A program made the translations under genes and the position numbers. The notes beneath the pieces were generated by a model. It searched no databases. It had not been told where the DNA came from and worked only from the letters and a program-made list of their open reading frames with translations. A DNA stretch of 64,000 nt, from positions 186,001 to 250,000 of the forward strand of contig BDGG01000014.1 of assembly GCA_001949185.1 (NCBI GenBank), in the 5' to 3' direction. Positions 36,717 to 50,603 of this stretch are shown here, piece by piece. Origin of the DNA: Ramazzottius varieornatus (Eukaryota; Animalia; Tardigrada). Position 1 is the first letter of the stretch. Each line of letters starts with the position of its first letter.

Positions 36717-39700
36717 TCAGGCCTGAGAATCGTCAGGCGCGCAGTTCGCTGAAAGCAGTAGCGTCGAACTGTTCGATATACCCGAATCTTCTTCCATACT
36801 GGCACTTCTTATCCGCAGCACATTATTCTGCATGAAAGACCAAGGTGTCATATTCGGTATGATAGTAAATTATGCGTGGATGGTTATTGCTTGCCTTTGA
36901 TTCGTTGAGAAGGCGAGCCGTCAGCAGCTCTTCGTTGCGAACCTCCAGTTCGGATATCTTTGCCTGCAGCCCAGCGATGACATGGTTCTTCTCCGCTTCG
37001 CAAATCTTGGCGGCGGTATCCGTGGTCCGTAACTGCAAGGAAACAAGCGAGTCAGACTTTGATTACATTTCGATCACAACACGAGTTTTCCGTTCCGACC
37101 ATACAGTTTTCCCACCCAGAGTAAACAGCTGCTTCTCGTGCAAGAAAAAAGAGCCTTGTGGTTACGACAGTCACAGATCTGACGAATTAGGGGCTGGGCT
37201 ACTAGAGACTGTGGGCTAACTTGCTCTCCCACTTTGGCCTTTAGTGCGGAACAAACTGTCTCGCAGTTCCATTATATCACCCACGTCCAGTGGATGTCAT
37301 AAGTTTCACCGCGGTACAAGGAGAACAGAACCGATAGTTACAAAACCCCATAAAGACCGTATTCCGACCACCATCAGAACGCCAAAGTTTCTGAATTTTG
37401 TACAGTTCTTGTTCTTATGCTGGGAATCTGTTGAGCGCAGTGTTCTTCCCTACTCGGTAATGATATCTGCGATATTGCTCAGTCGTTCACCCCCATCCCG
37501 CATACAGGCAATTCTTCACACTTGCTGGTTGTCCGGATGGGATGCACGCCAAGAGGTGAACCTCAACCGGCCCAGCTATCCGTACTCAAACCTCGTGATT
37601 TGAAAGAGACACTGCATTTGCGTTTTGTATTTCTTATCGGCTTTCCGTGTCCGAAGCAGAGACGAGTGTCGTGCACGTGGTCCAATTCCGACCTTTCCAC
37701 GGAACATTACCACTTGAACCTGCGAGACACGCGCTCTGCTGACACACAGCGTTTTTAATCCGTACTGCCCGCCGAATTCTACTTCGCGGGCAAACAAACC
37801 TCAATATTCTACACACTGTCAAGAGCGATGTTTACCTCGGCATCAAGATCCTCTCGTCGATTGATCTCTTCCCTCAGCCGTTCTTCCATTAAGGTGAGGC
37901 TTTCTTGCAGTTGAGTGTACATCTGTTTTAGACTCTGATTCTCTTCTTCCTGCCGCCGCAGCTGGTTTTGCAGGAGACTGCAGTGCGATTCGCTCTCCAT
38001 CAACCTCTGCCGGGACTCTTGTCCGTCCGCCAGGGTCTCCGCTTCCCGAAGGCGAAGCGTCATCAGCTCGTCTTGCAATTGAGCCAGGTTCAGTGGAGAA
38101 TTCTTTGGGGGACCACTCTGTCCACCGTCCGAAGTCGGAGAGGAATGACTACCCAGATGCCGCTAAAAAGATCAAGAAAAATAAGACAAATGGACGGTTT
38201 TTACCAAGCGTGACAGGCACATGCATACATGCGCACCATATTAACGCATCACCTAGTAGATGTACGTGGCTGAGATATAGCCCAACATCGCTAAAATTAA
38301 CCGGCACGTACATGCATACACGTCGTGAGGATGACCTAACAGTTTGGTGTATGCAGGTGTGCAAGAACGAAAGGATTTTGTTTCTTGGTCTTCAGAATTA
38401 GTTTACGGTTGTTTTAGGTGGATATTGTATAGAGGAGTGGTTGAACGGACCTGCCATTCGGTTTCAAGGACAACGACCCTTTTCCTCAGCTCTTTCATGG
38501 ACAAGTTTGCTTCAGCTTCGCGCATACGGACGGCGGTCAGCTCTTCCTGCATGCGAGCCACGCTGTGCTCTGGTTTGGAGTCACGCATCCGACGATTGCT
38601 CTGCAAATATCATCAATAAGAGCTGTTTCAAGTGACCGGCAAAGAGATCGCGCAGACTACTTTGTCAATATGATTGCCTTACTTCCTCCAGCTCTTGAAC
38701 ACGCTCCTTCATCTCACGCATCGCCTTCTGCGAGTCGATCTCGCGCATCTTGACCGAACGCAGCTCCTTCTGCAGCTTGGTAATCTCGGCGTCCTTCTGG
38801 TACGTGTTGAAGCCGGGCGTTCCTGCAGTTCCACACATTTGCTGCAAACAACCAACGCTGTTCAGCCAAATCGTTCAATCCGTTCCTTTTGTTTGGAAAA
38901 TGGAATCGAAGGAACACAAAAAATTCGCTGTCTGAAGCTAGCAAGAACCGAACCATAACGTTCTATTCGTTCGTCTCGTTCAACACATGGCGGTTGAAAG
39001 GAACGGATGGAATGTTTTCACTAAATCCATCGTAAAGTTTTGCGGACCGTCAGAAATATTATGATCAGGTTTTTCTTACATCTTGAAGCATTCTGATAAC
39101 GTTATTGGCCGTCATAAGTTTTTCCATGGCATCTTGGCTGGTTCTTCTGGTCGTATCGAGGTCTTTCTTGGTATGATACCTGTCTTCGTTCTCTCTTTGC
39201 CGCTCGATCTGTTCCTTGATGAGTCGGTCCGCGAGATCGCTGGTTTCTTGTTCGAGAATGGTGACGCGTTGGCGCAGCAGATTATTTTCCGTCCGTAAAC
39301 GGCGCAACTCTACCATGTCTTCTTGTTCGCGTGTTTTAAGTGCCATATATTCCTTCTCGAGCTTTTTCATCTTGCGAACGTTCAGCTTGACTTGGTATGA
39401 AGCGTTCATGATGGCGTTACTGTTAGCCTCAAAGACCAGCGGTAAATCCTTCTGTAAACACTTGAGCATGCCTTCCATGTCTTGCTGGATCAGCTGAGCG
39501 CGAAAATACTGCAAAATGGCGATAGCAATGCGGAATATGGCGTCCAGTCCCTGCAATCAAAGCCTCAGTCGCATTTCATTCGACTGTTAAATCCACTTGA
39601 TGCGCCACTTACCTCCGATATGAAGACATCCATGACGCGACGTGCGCCTTCCATCGGTAGGTTAGTCGAGAACAGCGTCAGGAACCATGACGAGGCGTAG

Positions 39701-41886
39701 GTGGAGGTGTGAAAGCTCTGCGACTGAAAGTGGATGTACAAATCTGGCAACATTTCCTGCAACAATCAACAAAAACTCAATCAACCACCACATTCGTGTC
39801 CGATTTTCAGTCCATTGGCCGTCGCCCATTCCGCCACTCCTGAATGCTTCCCTGGGCATGACTGACACAACACTGAGCCCAAGGTGGGTGAGCGTCAGTG
39901 TGTGACCGCTGGCAATGGTTTCTTTCATTTTCTCCGCGAGTGATCAAGGCCAAAAGTTCCTCGTTCTTTTCTTCTCAGTCTCATCAGTCTTTTCGGTTTT
40001 CCTATCTTTATCGTTCGACAAAACATTCAATCAGAAAGAAAATCTGCGGCCCTCCCATTAAAGTGTCAGGCTGAGAAGAAACAAGCCGTACATCACCGAG
40101 TGAAACTTGATCTTGAAACCGCGAACTGTCTGACCAAGCTCGAAGAAAGCTTCATCGTTCAAGCGTCGAAAACAAATTAAGCGATTCGTGTCGCCTGAGG
40201 AGTGCATGTGCATGCGAGTAGTACCGAGCAGTAAATCCCAATCTGGGCCTCTGGGTAACCAGGCCAGACAAGCTCCGTTTATTTTTGGCTCTTCCGTCAG
40301 TCATCTTTCTTCATCAAGAGAAAGAGTCTCGTTTTCGCCGATTGGAATTTCATAACTCAGGTCGCGTTTCACTCTTCTGTCGCCTGCTATTTTCTTAAGA
40401 GGATGCTCGAAATTCTTTAGCTGTTGAAAAGAAACACTTCACGAGAAAAACAGACGAAAAGACACCCGGAAGTAGCACTTCAGCTTTTCAACGGCCCACG
40501 CTACCCAATCAACAATCAATGCAAACTCGTAGCATAGATTGTTGATTGAGCAATCAAAAGCAGGCTGGCTAGTGGCCATCAACATAACACGACAAGTTAC
40601 CATGTCGTACAATATGTCAGCTAGTGTGATGTATTACCTGCAAAAGGCATTCCAGCTGGTACATGCACAGTCCCAGCTCCGTCATGTTCGGCTTGAACAG
40701 ATCTCGCAGGCGGTATTCCGACATTAACTTGACAAGGACACAAAAGGTTTCCTCTTCATTCATGATCGTCAACAGCAGCCCGACGATGAAGGCGCTTCCT
40801 GGAAATAAATACGAAAAGAAATGATAGCTTGTTCTTCTATTGACGTTTCCCACGCATCGGTAAGAAAGCCTTGACTTCTTTACCTTGGCAGTAGCCCACC
40901 TCGCGGTCGTACAGCGAGTAGGCCTTCATGACGTTCAACAAGCCCTCTTGCCCCAGACCGTCCTTCTCTTTAAAGTACTCGTGATTTGGATAAGTGCGGG
41001 CAATATCGCGTTTTATCAGTTTCTCGAACGGCGAACTCTGCTTCAGGAACGCGTGGTACTTCTCCCGCAGATCTGGACAGTTGTAGGTTTGACACATCAA
41101 CTGCCAGATAATGGCTCGATACTGCGGAGGAATTCCTTGACGAACCATTTCCTGAAATCAACGAAACACCGAAACTGCAGTCACTTCCCTGTTGAATGAA
41201 ACTATTACTATAATAATTTCGAAAGCATATTCCCATCATAATTTTCGCTTGGATTTTTGCTCAAGGCTTCAACCTCAGCTCAGTGTGTCTTAGATTGCAC
41301 GAGTGATTTTACGGTACCTTGAGGACGTAATTTTTCTTCTTGACATATAAGTCCCAATCGGAGACAATCTGGCCCCACTGAACGTGTTGCTCGTCTTGAA
41401 GATGTTCCGTTGGCGATCCACCCATCGACCGGTTCGATGCATGGCCACTTGCCGTGCTATTCTGCCGTGAATGGCCTTTTGCAGCACAAGGAGGTCGGAT
41501 GGAGGCTTTAGTCTTGGCATCCTGCTCCAGAGCTCTGCGAAAACACAGAAAAACCAAGTCCAGTTTGAACAGAGCATTAAAGGAGCCACGTGACCACCAG
41601 AACTCAACGGATGAACACGTGCAACATAGTGCGCCGTGCGGCCCACCAACCACAGCACAGAAGACCACACCACGTGACCCAGGCATGTAAATGCAGTACC
41701 GCGTGGTTCGAAACTGTGTGGTGCAACTCACCATAATCAAAATATCAGAACTATTTTCAAACTCAAGACTGCGGATCCCCCTACCAACCTGTTCTGAGCT
41801 TCCAAAAGCGCGAGTAATTCCAGATCCTCCTTCCGAGGGTTGTCCGGATCAACTCCAGAGGAGGAAGGAGAAGCTTCGCTGGTCAT
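36717..41886 (-). CDS. EVI5: EVI5-like Rab-GAP (TBC domain + coiled coil); true start uncertain
   Basis: LLALLEAQNR; VRQGIPPQYRAIIWQ; IKRDIARTYP; YSLYDREVGYCQG; HTSTYASSWFLTLF; KLEKEY...EDMVELRRLRTENNLLRQR; LQDELMTLRLREAE. Confidence 0.9.
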
Positions 41887-43549
41887 CTTGAGCAAGGGAA
41901 GATTTTTATTCACGGAATCCACATTTGATCACAGCCTGCAAAGTAAAAGGCCAAGATACGGGTTATAATGCCGTCGATCAACACTTGACCGGATATCACC
42001 GATAGAACACCCACTTTAATTTCATAATTCTGCTGACAAAAGGATTCCGTCTTGACTTTTGGGCTCTTGAAGAAGGGTACAACGCTTTAAATCTGCAGAC
42101 GCATCACGATGATTGGAAAGCATGTTTCCATCCGCCGTCGTCACTCATCTTCAGCGGCTGTCGCCATCAGCATTTCTTGGCCATGTGTAAGACCATTAGC
42201 ATTCCGCAACTCGTGGAAACGATGGTGGCTGCATAAATCGAGGGCGTGCACGGGGCAATGTAGTTGTTTGACGAGTCTCCTTCAGAGCCAGCCCCGACAA
42301 ATCAGCGTCCGAGACAAACCTACAAATACATTCACAGCAATCACATTCCACTCTTAAAGCTCACATTTCCTCACGAGGCGATCCGCCACATTGCTCTGTC
42401 AGATAAATGGCAACGAGCTCTGACAGCGATTTGGGGAAAGGAGGAAGTCCAATGAAGTGAACGAAGATCGTTCAAACACTCCGATCAATTTGCGCACGCA
42501 TCTGGTAGTTGGACAACGGCAATCAAAAATCAACAACGGTCCGCCCGCGTCATTTTAAGCCAACCATGTGAGATGACCAGTGCCAAAAGCCAATCCACCA
42601 GGCGTTTTACAACGTGCTGACCAATGCTGACCAAAAGATTAATACCGGCCCAACCGGAAGTCGTACAAAGAAATAGCTCTTGGGTTTACACCTCGGTTAA
42701 CTCACGGGTGGGAAATCCTGTTGATCACGCCAGAGTCGAGAAAAGTCGGCGTAAAGATAAATTATACAGTGGAAGATGGAAGAATATTGTCAGGTTGTTA
42801 TTATGGCATGCATCAAGTCACCATTTTATGAATTTCGATGCTGGTAAACTCATCTATCGTTGTTGATGTTCTTCAAGTAAATAAAATCAGTGGCGGTGGT
42901 TTGATAGCGGTATCATACACTTGCTAAGTGCGCGGTTACATCACGGGTACGGGCGAAAACACAGCCACTTCTTTTGTAGGTTTTCAGTTCAGAGTACGAT
43001 GTTTATTTATATCAAGATCTCCGATGCCCTATACCAGCCAAAGCTCGTCGCGATTAACACCCTTCAACGTTGTCACAATTGATTGGCACGTACCACGTTA
43101 CGTCAAGCTCGCCAGCTTGAAGTTGATCCTTTCCATCCTATAGCAGCCGCGTACTTCGGATCGAACCCACTTGACATTCACCCTCGATACATGATTTCAA
43201 TTAGCCATCCTTTCCGGTGTTCGGAGCACGGATCAACATGTTGTCGACAAAGCGTCCCCAATGAGCCCTCCTTACCATGGGTACGTGGAATCTGAAAAGT
43301 TCACGGGGATCATAGTTCGCAGGAAGTCATACACACGGACCACACCCAGTTCGAATAGCGACTATGCATACATTACTGATTTGAATCGAACAAGCTCTGT
43401 TCTTCTGCATATTTGGGCCAAAAAACTTTAACAGAGGTTCTAATCCGTTCATATTTTGTGTCGTTGAAATATGAAGCGGGTATACGTAGATCCTTCACAA
43501 TTTCTTTATCGTGATGGCCACAGGTGCACTGGCTGTCGAGACAACTGTA

Positions 43550-43812
43550 CAGAGTCCACTCGTTTGAGATGTGTTACCTAATTTTACGGTATTAGTTCTG
43601 GGCCCGCCATGCATTCACCAGAACGCATGCCATGGCCGCATTTAAAATTACATAACATATAAATGACACGATACTGCGACCGATGTAATCAAGTATTCAA
43701 GTCTCATGCGTCCAGCTGAGCTGCGGCATGGCAAGCAGGCTCGTTAATTTTTCCGATCTTTCAGTTTTGAAACCGTGAACTTAGGTGACACATCTCAAAC
43801 GAGTGGACTGTG
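43550..43812. mobile_element. TA-flanked Tc1/mariner-type MITE (263 bp)
   Basis: CAGAGTCCACTCGTTTGAGATGTGTTACCTAA / TTAGGTGACACATCTCAAACGAGTGGACTGTG. Confidence 0.85.
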
Positions 43813-43851
43813 TATGTAATGTAGCTAAATAAGTGAATGTAGCTGCATGAA

Positions 43852-44496
43852 TAGTGCTGGGATAAATACGATAAAATACGATATGATATTTTCTGATAAA
43901 TATCTTTCAATATTTATATTTCGTTTTAGAAATCAACCACATATCGATATTTCGATCTGATACGTTTCTGCTATTTTATTGTTGATATATCGAATTTGTT
44001 GCAGTGATATATCGATATATCAAGCCAGTACCATGTTGAAAACTATCGAAATCAAGAAAGAGCCAAAGAGAAACCAAACGGCTGTCGTTCACTATGTTTG
44101 AGACAGAACAAAAGTTAACTGTCTTCGTGTACGCGAGTGTGTTCGTTGCTCAGTCTATCAAGGTCTGTCGTTACGCACTTAGGTACGCTGACTACTCACT
44201 TCTCCGAAGTCAGCTTGGATGCATGTGCGCGATACATTACGGACCAGGCTGCGCTTCCTGCGCGGTACCGAACCGAAGTATTGACTTCCGAAGTTCCGAT
44301 TCTCAAGTGCGGGTTTGCGATTTATCGATATATCAGAAATATATCGATATACCGATATACCTATTTTCATTTATCATATCGCGCTCAGCGATATTCCGTC
44401 CATATCGATATTCGATATGATATATTTGTCATAACGAATCACTGTGATGTGATATATTTCGATAAGATACGATGTATCATATTTATCCCAGCACTA
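43852..44496. mobile_element. hAT-type MITE (645 bp)
   Basis: TAGTGCTGGGATAAATA...TATTTATCCCAGCACTA TIRs; degenerate 8-bp TSD TGCATGAA/TGCATGCT; dense CGATA/TATCG repeats. Confidence 0.82.
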
Positions 44497-44874
44497 TGCA
44501 TGCTGGTATCGGCCGCACAGTAGAAACCGACTTCCTGATTTTCAACCTGAATTTACCACTCGACACTACGATATGGACATAGCTGCCTGTCCTTGAACCG
44601 CGCTTATCTTTATTCTTTGATGTCCTCGAGAATGTCGTGTGCTATTCTGAAGTGTGAAATCGATAGTGCTTTGTTAGTAGCTCCCACAAAAGGCACCTTG
44701 AAGAAAAAGTCACGTTTGACTACTAGCGTAACGAATATACATACAAGGTGTAGGGAGTAAAACGTTTCAAGCGGTTTCACTGGTCGTACCTCCGCTGAAC
44801 TTGTCTGGCGTCTTTCGCAGCTTGATCAAAGTTTTGTTTTCTGTTCAGCTGCGAGACTATTCTAGTTTCTGAGG

Positions 44875-46584
44875 ATGGCACGATATGTCGGCGGATTTGT
44901 TGTTGTTTTGTTACTACTCATAGCCGCTTCTCAGCCTGCCACCGCCGAGAAGTCCGCTGAACAGTCCTTCCAACCGGCAAGCTGGGCTCTGTCGTCTTTC
45001 TGGTCATGGATTACCGGGAAGACGCCCCCTAAGCCTGTTGAGCCGAAGAATATCCCAACCATCGATGTGGAACTGATTGCTCCTGCCGCGCCTAAAACCA
45101 AAGATTCCATAGCGGATGAAAACCTGGTCATCTGCACATGGAATATTTTCCGCTTTGGACCTTCGAAATTCAGCACACCGGATGCGCTTCACACTGCCGG
45201 ACACAATGTCTCACGCATGGACGTCATGATCGATGTAAGTAACTCCGATTCCCATCCGATACATTAACCTTCACTAACGTTAACCTGAAACCTTTGTAGC
45301 AAATCCGGGTTTGCGACCTAGTGGCCATCCAAGAGTACATGGATGTCTCGCAGCAAGCCATCGAACTACTACGAGGCAACCTGACGGAAAGAACGGGAAA
45401 ACCCTGGGCGAAGGTTCTCAGTCCGAGGGTGGGAAAACCCAACGCAGAGCAATATGTGTACTTGTACCGGTGAGCAAATTGCAACTGATGTTGGCCTAAA
45501 ATGCAAACCATCTTCAGTGTAGAAAATGCATCCCAACTCGTGCAAGTTTTCGATTGGTAATTGTGTCTACAAGACTGCAACACTGTTGTGCAACTTACAA
45601 GCCAATAAACTAATCAAAACACTGCACGAGTAGGGATACATTTTCCACACTGCACGTACAGTCGGACACTGCTGACGTCAAGCTGAATGTGGACTTTGCG
45701 CTCAGAGCTAATCTGTTGTTATCTGCTTTTCAGGGGTGACAGAGTAGTACCCTCGATGCAAAAGCTATTCCCCGATGATCCAGTCAGTAAACTATTCTCC
45801 CGGGAACCCTTCTTCACCAAGTTCACGGTGATCAACCAACCCAATAGTAAGTTGAAATCCCCGAGAAGCACATTGGGAATCATTCATTGTTATTGACCTA
45901 TCAGTAATGTTTCTTGTGCTGTCTTGCAGGAAAACTGACTGAATTCGTAGTTGGAACTATTCACACCGCACCAAGTACGCAGGATCTTCTGCGTGGAAAA
46001 AACACTAGTTGCCCATTCTTTATAATACATCCATTTTCACCACTTTTGCAGATGATGCTGTCAGAGAAATTAGCAACCTGGTGCAAGTGTTTGACTGGGC
46101 TGTCCAGCAGTATTCTACCCAAGACGTGATGGTTCTTGGGGACTACAACGCCGGTTGCACCTACGTGAAGGCGAAGGACTGGCCGAACATTCCACTGCGA
46201 ACCCAGAGCCGCTTTACCTGGATCGTGACTGACGATATGGACACGACGTCCATGACCACGCATTGTGCGTACGACAGGTAACAATCTACTCCAGATAACG
46301 TAACGTTGTGGTTTCTGTTATCTTCAACTGCATTCTTGGAATTTCAGAGCAGTGTACTTGGGCGAACACTTTCGTGATAACTACGTGGCCGACTCGGTCG
46401 AAGCCCCTCATTTTGCCGCTAAATTCGGCCTAACGCCTCAGCAGGTATATATGTGACCGAAACGCACTTTTAACGAACCGTACCTCATCATGGGCGTTAC
46501 CATGAGGTGGCAGTATTGTAATAGTGGTTTTTACAGGCCAAGCTTGTCAGCGATCATCGACTGGTGAAAATGGATTTCTGTTGA
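44875..46584 (+). CDS. Secreted DNase I-family nuclease, multi-exon
   Basis: Signal peptide; ICTWNIFRFG; DLVAIQE; FSREPF; IHTAP; VMVLGDYNAGCTYV; THCAYDR; VSDH. Confidence 0.9.
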
Positions 46585-47177
46585 TATGACGTTCCGTACA
46601 CCAAAGTTGTCCTTATTAAAGCTACCGTGACAATTTTGCTCTGATGTTATCCGGTTTAACTGGAGAGTGCATATATCCCGTTTTGTCGTTTACGCGATTA
46701 TACGTTTCTGACGTTATAATTCATGTAAAAATTGTTCGTGTTAGTTGAGATCGAATTTTTTCAATGCAAAGAAAACAGGACGTTGTTGGAGTACTTCTTA
46801 CTCGCATGACAACATAAGGCTATTGCAACATCTATTGACCATATCAAGGTGCTGGATCGTTCCACGATTTGCTGGATTCCAAGACTTCCTCATTGCTTCA
46901 AAGTCTGCCATAAAAACGATTACTTTGCCATTACGACTGGCAAGCTAACTGCCAACGAAAAACTGCTAAGACCATTTAACAGCATCTTGCAAAACGAGAT
47001 AAGAGGATGAAACCATCGCCGCTCTGCTATTGGGGAGCCGAGATTCCGGCAGTTCTGTACAGTGTGGTAAATCATTCCAGCGCAGGGCTTCCCGTTCGGT
47101 AAATTTCTTTTGTTTTGCGATGCGATTTCTGAACCGTTTCGACAGTACCCTCTTTCTCTCTCCGCTGGTTTGTCAGA

Positions 47178-48866
47178 ATGGTCAAGGCAATATGTCTGTC
47201 CCGTGTCACCAAGCAGAAGCAAGGCGATGTGGAGGTTGTGCCACCTGAAGCCGAAACCGTCACGCATCCCGCCAACCACAAGAACTGGCGTCTTGCTTTT
47301 GTCCTTCTACTTGTCGACGTGATACTTGTTGTGGCATCTTCTCAGGTATGATCAGTAGCCATTGGAACACATACCTAATTGTTGAACGTACGAATCAATT
47401 CTACGGCTAGAATTTTTTTCTGTTTTCCAGTTGACAAGCTCGACCTTCAACGACCCACGCTACAAGCCTTACCAGGCGCCGTTCTTGTTCGTCTGGTGCA
47501 AGGTAGCGGTTCGAGCTTTAGCCTTTCCGGTTGTCGTGCTGCCTATATGGATGCTGAGCCTCCTGGGGAAGAAGAAGGACACATTCCACAACTTATGGAA
47601 GTCAGTATACATCTCTGCCTTTTCTAACTTATTCCAGTCGTCGTTACCGCTTCCCCATATGTTACAGACATTGCACGGAACCCTATAGGGACGAAGGGAG
47701 TACCGAAAGCCCCATCAGGGCCAAGATTCTTTTGCGCAAATTCGCTCCGATGTGCACCGCTATTTTGGCTCTCCAAGTGACCTGGGTGGTGGGCCATGTT
47801 TACGCTCCCTCTTCCATCATCGCCGCACTTGGTTCATCAGCAGTCGCTTTCGCGTACATCTTATCGTGGTTGCTACTGAAAAATCAGATGTTGATAGTGA
47901 AGGTGACTTTCAAGTGCGAGTCTTTTCGATCTACTATGTATACACCTACCAGATTTCCCTTCGACTTATCTTGTCCGTTTTACAGGGGTTTTTCGTGCTG
48001 GTGGGATTCGTGGGAATTGGCATGATATCATACGCATCAACGGTACTGGCCCCTACAATAGTCTCAGCCTCGCAGCTCACCGAATCAACTGATACCGTAC
48101 ACCTAAACGAGACCTTGACAAGCCAGATATCGGGACTCTCAATCTTACCGACCACCTTCGATCCAAGTAGCATTTACATCGGAGTGGTGTGCGGACTCAT
48201 TGGTGCTGTCTCCGTGTCTGCTCACATGCTAGCTTTCAAGAAAGCTTTTCGAGATGTCGATTTGGTGCAAGTGTCGCTGATCATCACTCTGGTCTCGGTG
48301 TTCATATGTACAGCATACCTTCCAGTTCCTATCATTTTGAACGTGATCGGAATGGAACCGTGGAACTTACCCGCCATGCCGTGGGGTACTATGATAGTGT
48401 CATGGATCACCGCCCTCTGTAAGTGTAACTCACAAAACTATCGCATGTCAGTGAGACGTTTTCAATTACGGTAAGTCCTACCGAACACTGTATGTTTCTC
48501 TTCTACACAGTCAGCGCCATGTGCTACATCCAAGGTTTGTCGCTGTCCAATCCATTTTTTATGTCTTTGGCCGAGGTTGCCATCGTAGCTATGAACACCG
48601 GTAAGGTCAAATGGCTTGTGGTGTCCTACGACTAAGACTTGTATTTGACAGCTAAAGCTGTATGTGTTGCAGGGGTGGACTCCATTGCACGTGGAATACA
48701 GATGAGCAGTCTGCAAATTGCGGGAACTGTTGTGGTGGCAGTCGCGTTCGTTTTCATGATTATGCCGGACGAATGGCTATCACTGAATCTCAAAAAGCGC
48801 AAACTAGCTATTTACATCATCGGAGGGAAACTAAGATACTTGACCGGTGGTAAAGCATCCAAGTGA
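47178..48866 (+). CDS. SLC35F3/F4-like DMT/EamA-fold transporter, multi-exon
   Basis: ~10 hydrophobic segments; YQAPFLFVW; AFAYILSWLLLK; AFKKAFRDVDLVQVSL; MPW; terminal IMPDEW. Confidence 0.65.
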
Positions 48867-50552
48867 TATATTAATTCCGTATGAGGGGTGGCCGGTTCTT
48901 CAATAGTGATGTATTCCCATCGAATTTTCTCTCTGACCTACAAATACTTAACGAAAAATTGTACGTTTTTAATGTGCCGAATTTATGTATACACCAGGGA
49001 AGGAATGTGAATTCTCGCGAGCGTTGTAAGCGCATTTTATTTGTCAGAACGTATACATACGAGAAAAGAGCACCGTCCAAAACGGTGTGCAAAGTATATT
49101 TCGCATTTCGTACATCGTACGAGTCTGGCGTGGTAGTCAACGTAAAAATTTTGAATCGGCGCATACGTTTGTAAGCCTCAGTACACGGGACTGCGCTTAT
49201 CCAGGTTGTTGATCGCCCGCGCAAACGATCGAGAACCGAAATTTCGAGTTTGCAAACCGACTCTAGCTTAACGAATGTTTGTGACCGGCACAAGTATTAC
49301 CTTATTACCTACTGGAAAAGATTCGCAAGTACTGGCGCCGAGTCAGTACATTGGAGTGTCCGCTTTGTGATCTTACTAAAATATCACGAGTAGGCCGCAC
49401 TGTCTCGGCTATTCCGGTAAAAACTTCAAAGGATACGTGACAGCACCAGCTGCTGCTTCGACGAAAATGGCAACAATGTTATTTTCTCGATTCTCGTAAG
49501 CAGAAACCAGATGCTGATTGCTAAGTCAAGGATTTTGCTTGAGTCACTGAGCGACTGGGCGAGTGCTATTAGCCAATACTCGTACAGCACTCTCAAAAGA
49601 CACCGCACTCGAGCCCAAAACACCTGATCGCTGAGAAGCCATTTACAAATCCCTCAAAATCTTTATGCTAGAGTATGTTGTCGAATGTTGCTAGAATATT
49701 TCGCTCGGGAGTTTTCACCCAGATGCACAGTCTGGCGTGGTTAAGCCGCAGTCTGCAAGTGGGTGCAGTCGGTGATGCTACCGAGTCATAGAGAAGGGCG
49801 CGAGACATCATTTGACCATTTGATTTGTGGGAAAAAAGAGTGAGTCCCGCACGATAATTCTTCTTCCTTGTCGTATCAACGAGTTTCGTTTTCCCGACCG
49901 CTTCTTGCCTGATAGAATATACAGTTTCCGTCACAAGCCACGTCGGCGAATAGAGAGGTTACGTTTCGGACGCTTCTTCGAATACCGTAGAACGTACCGG
50001 ATGTATTGAATTGCTGGTAGATCTAACGTAGATTACGTATTACGCATCGTTATAACGTCGGCTTTCTTCAGAGGCTAACTATGCTCAATCGAGTCCTGCG
50101 ATCCGTGTATACGCTAATTTGTTATTTCCTCGAGTCGTTAGACTATTGAACACAAGGTCCACTACAAGGTTCAGTTGAGGTGCAGCCGACTGTCGATGGA
50201 AATTCTTTTGATGAGATGTCACGAATTAGGTGGTTAAGTATCGTTTTCCTGCATTAAATAAATGTATTCATGTCCTATTTCTTCACTTATATCTGGTTTC
50301 ACAGGTTTCTGAACGGCACCGGCTCGAAACCCCGGGATTGCGATATCCCGTGACCCAGTATTTCCGGGATGCAATCCGGTGGCACTATATCTCGAGTAAC
50401 CCAATTCCTTGAAGTCGTAAAAAATCCCTTGAAACTGAAATCTTGGAGGTAGAAAACCTCGGGCAATTGACATTGCCGGAAAGGCCTTAACTGCTGGCCA
50501 ACAAGCGCCACCACCGTGGGCTGACACAGCTACTCATACGGTATCCTAGTCC

Positions 50553-50603
50553 CACACACACACACACACAAACCGATGAACAGACAGATGACGGGGGGGG
50601 GGG
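50553..50603. repeat. (CA)n tract followed by a poly-G run
   Basis: Seen directly in the sequence. Confidence 0.85.

Noticed and set aside
39662-39928. Alternative first exon of EVI5 in the long intron
   Set aside because: The ORF enters the next exon out of frame
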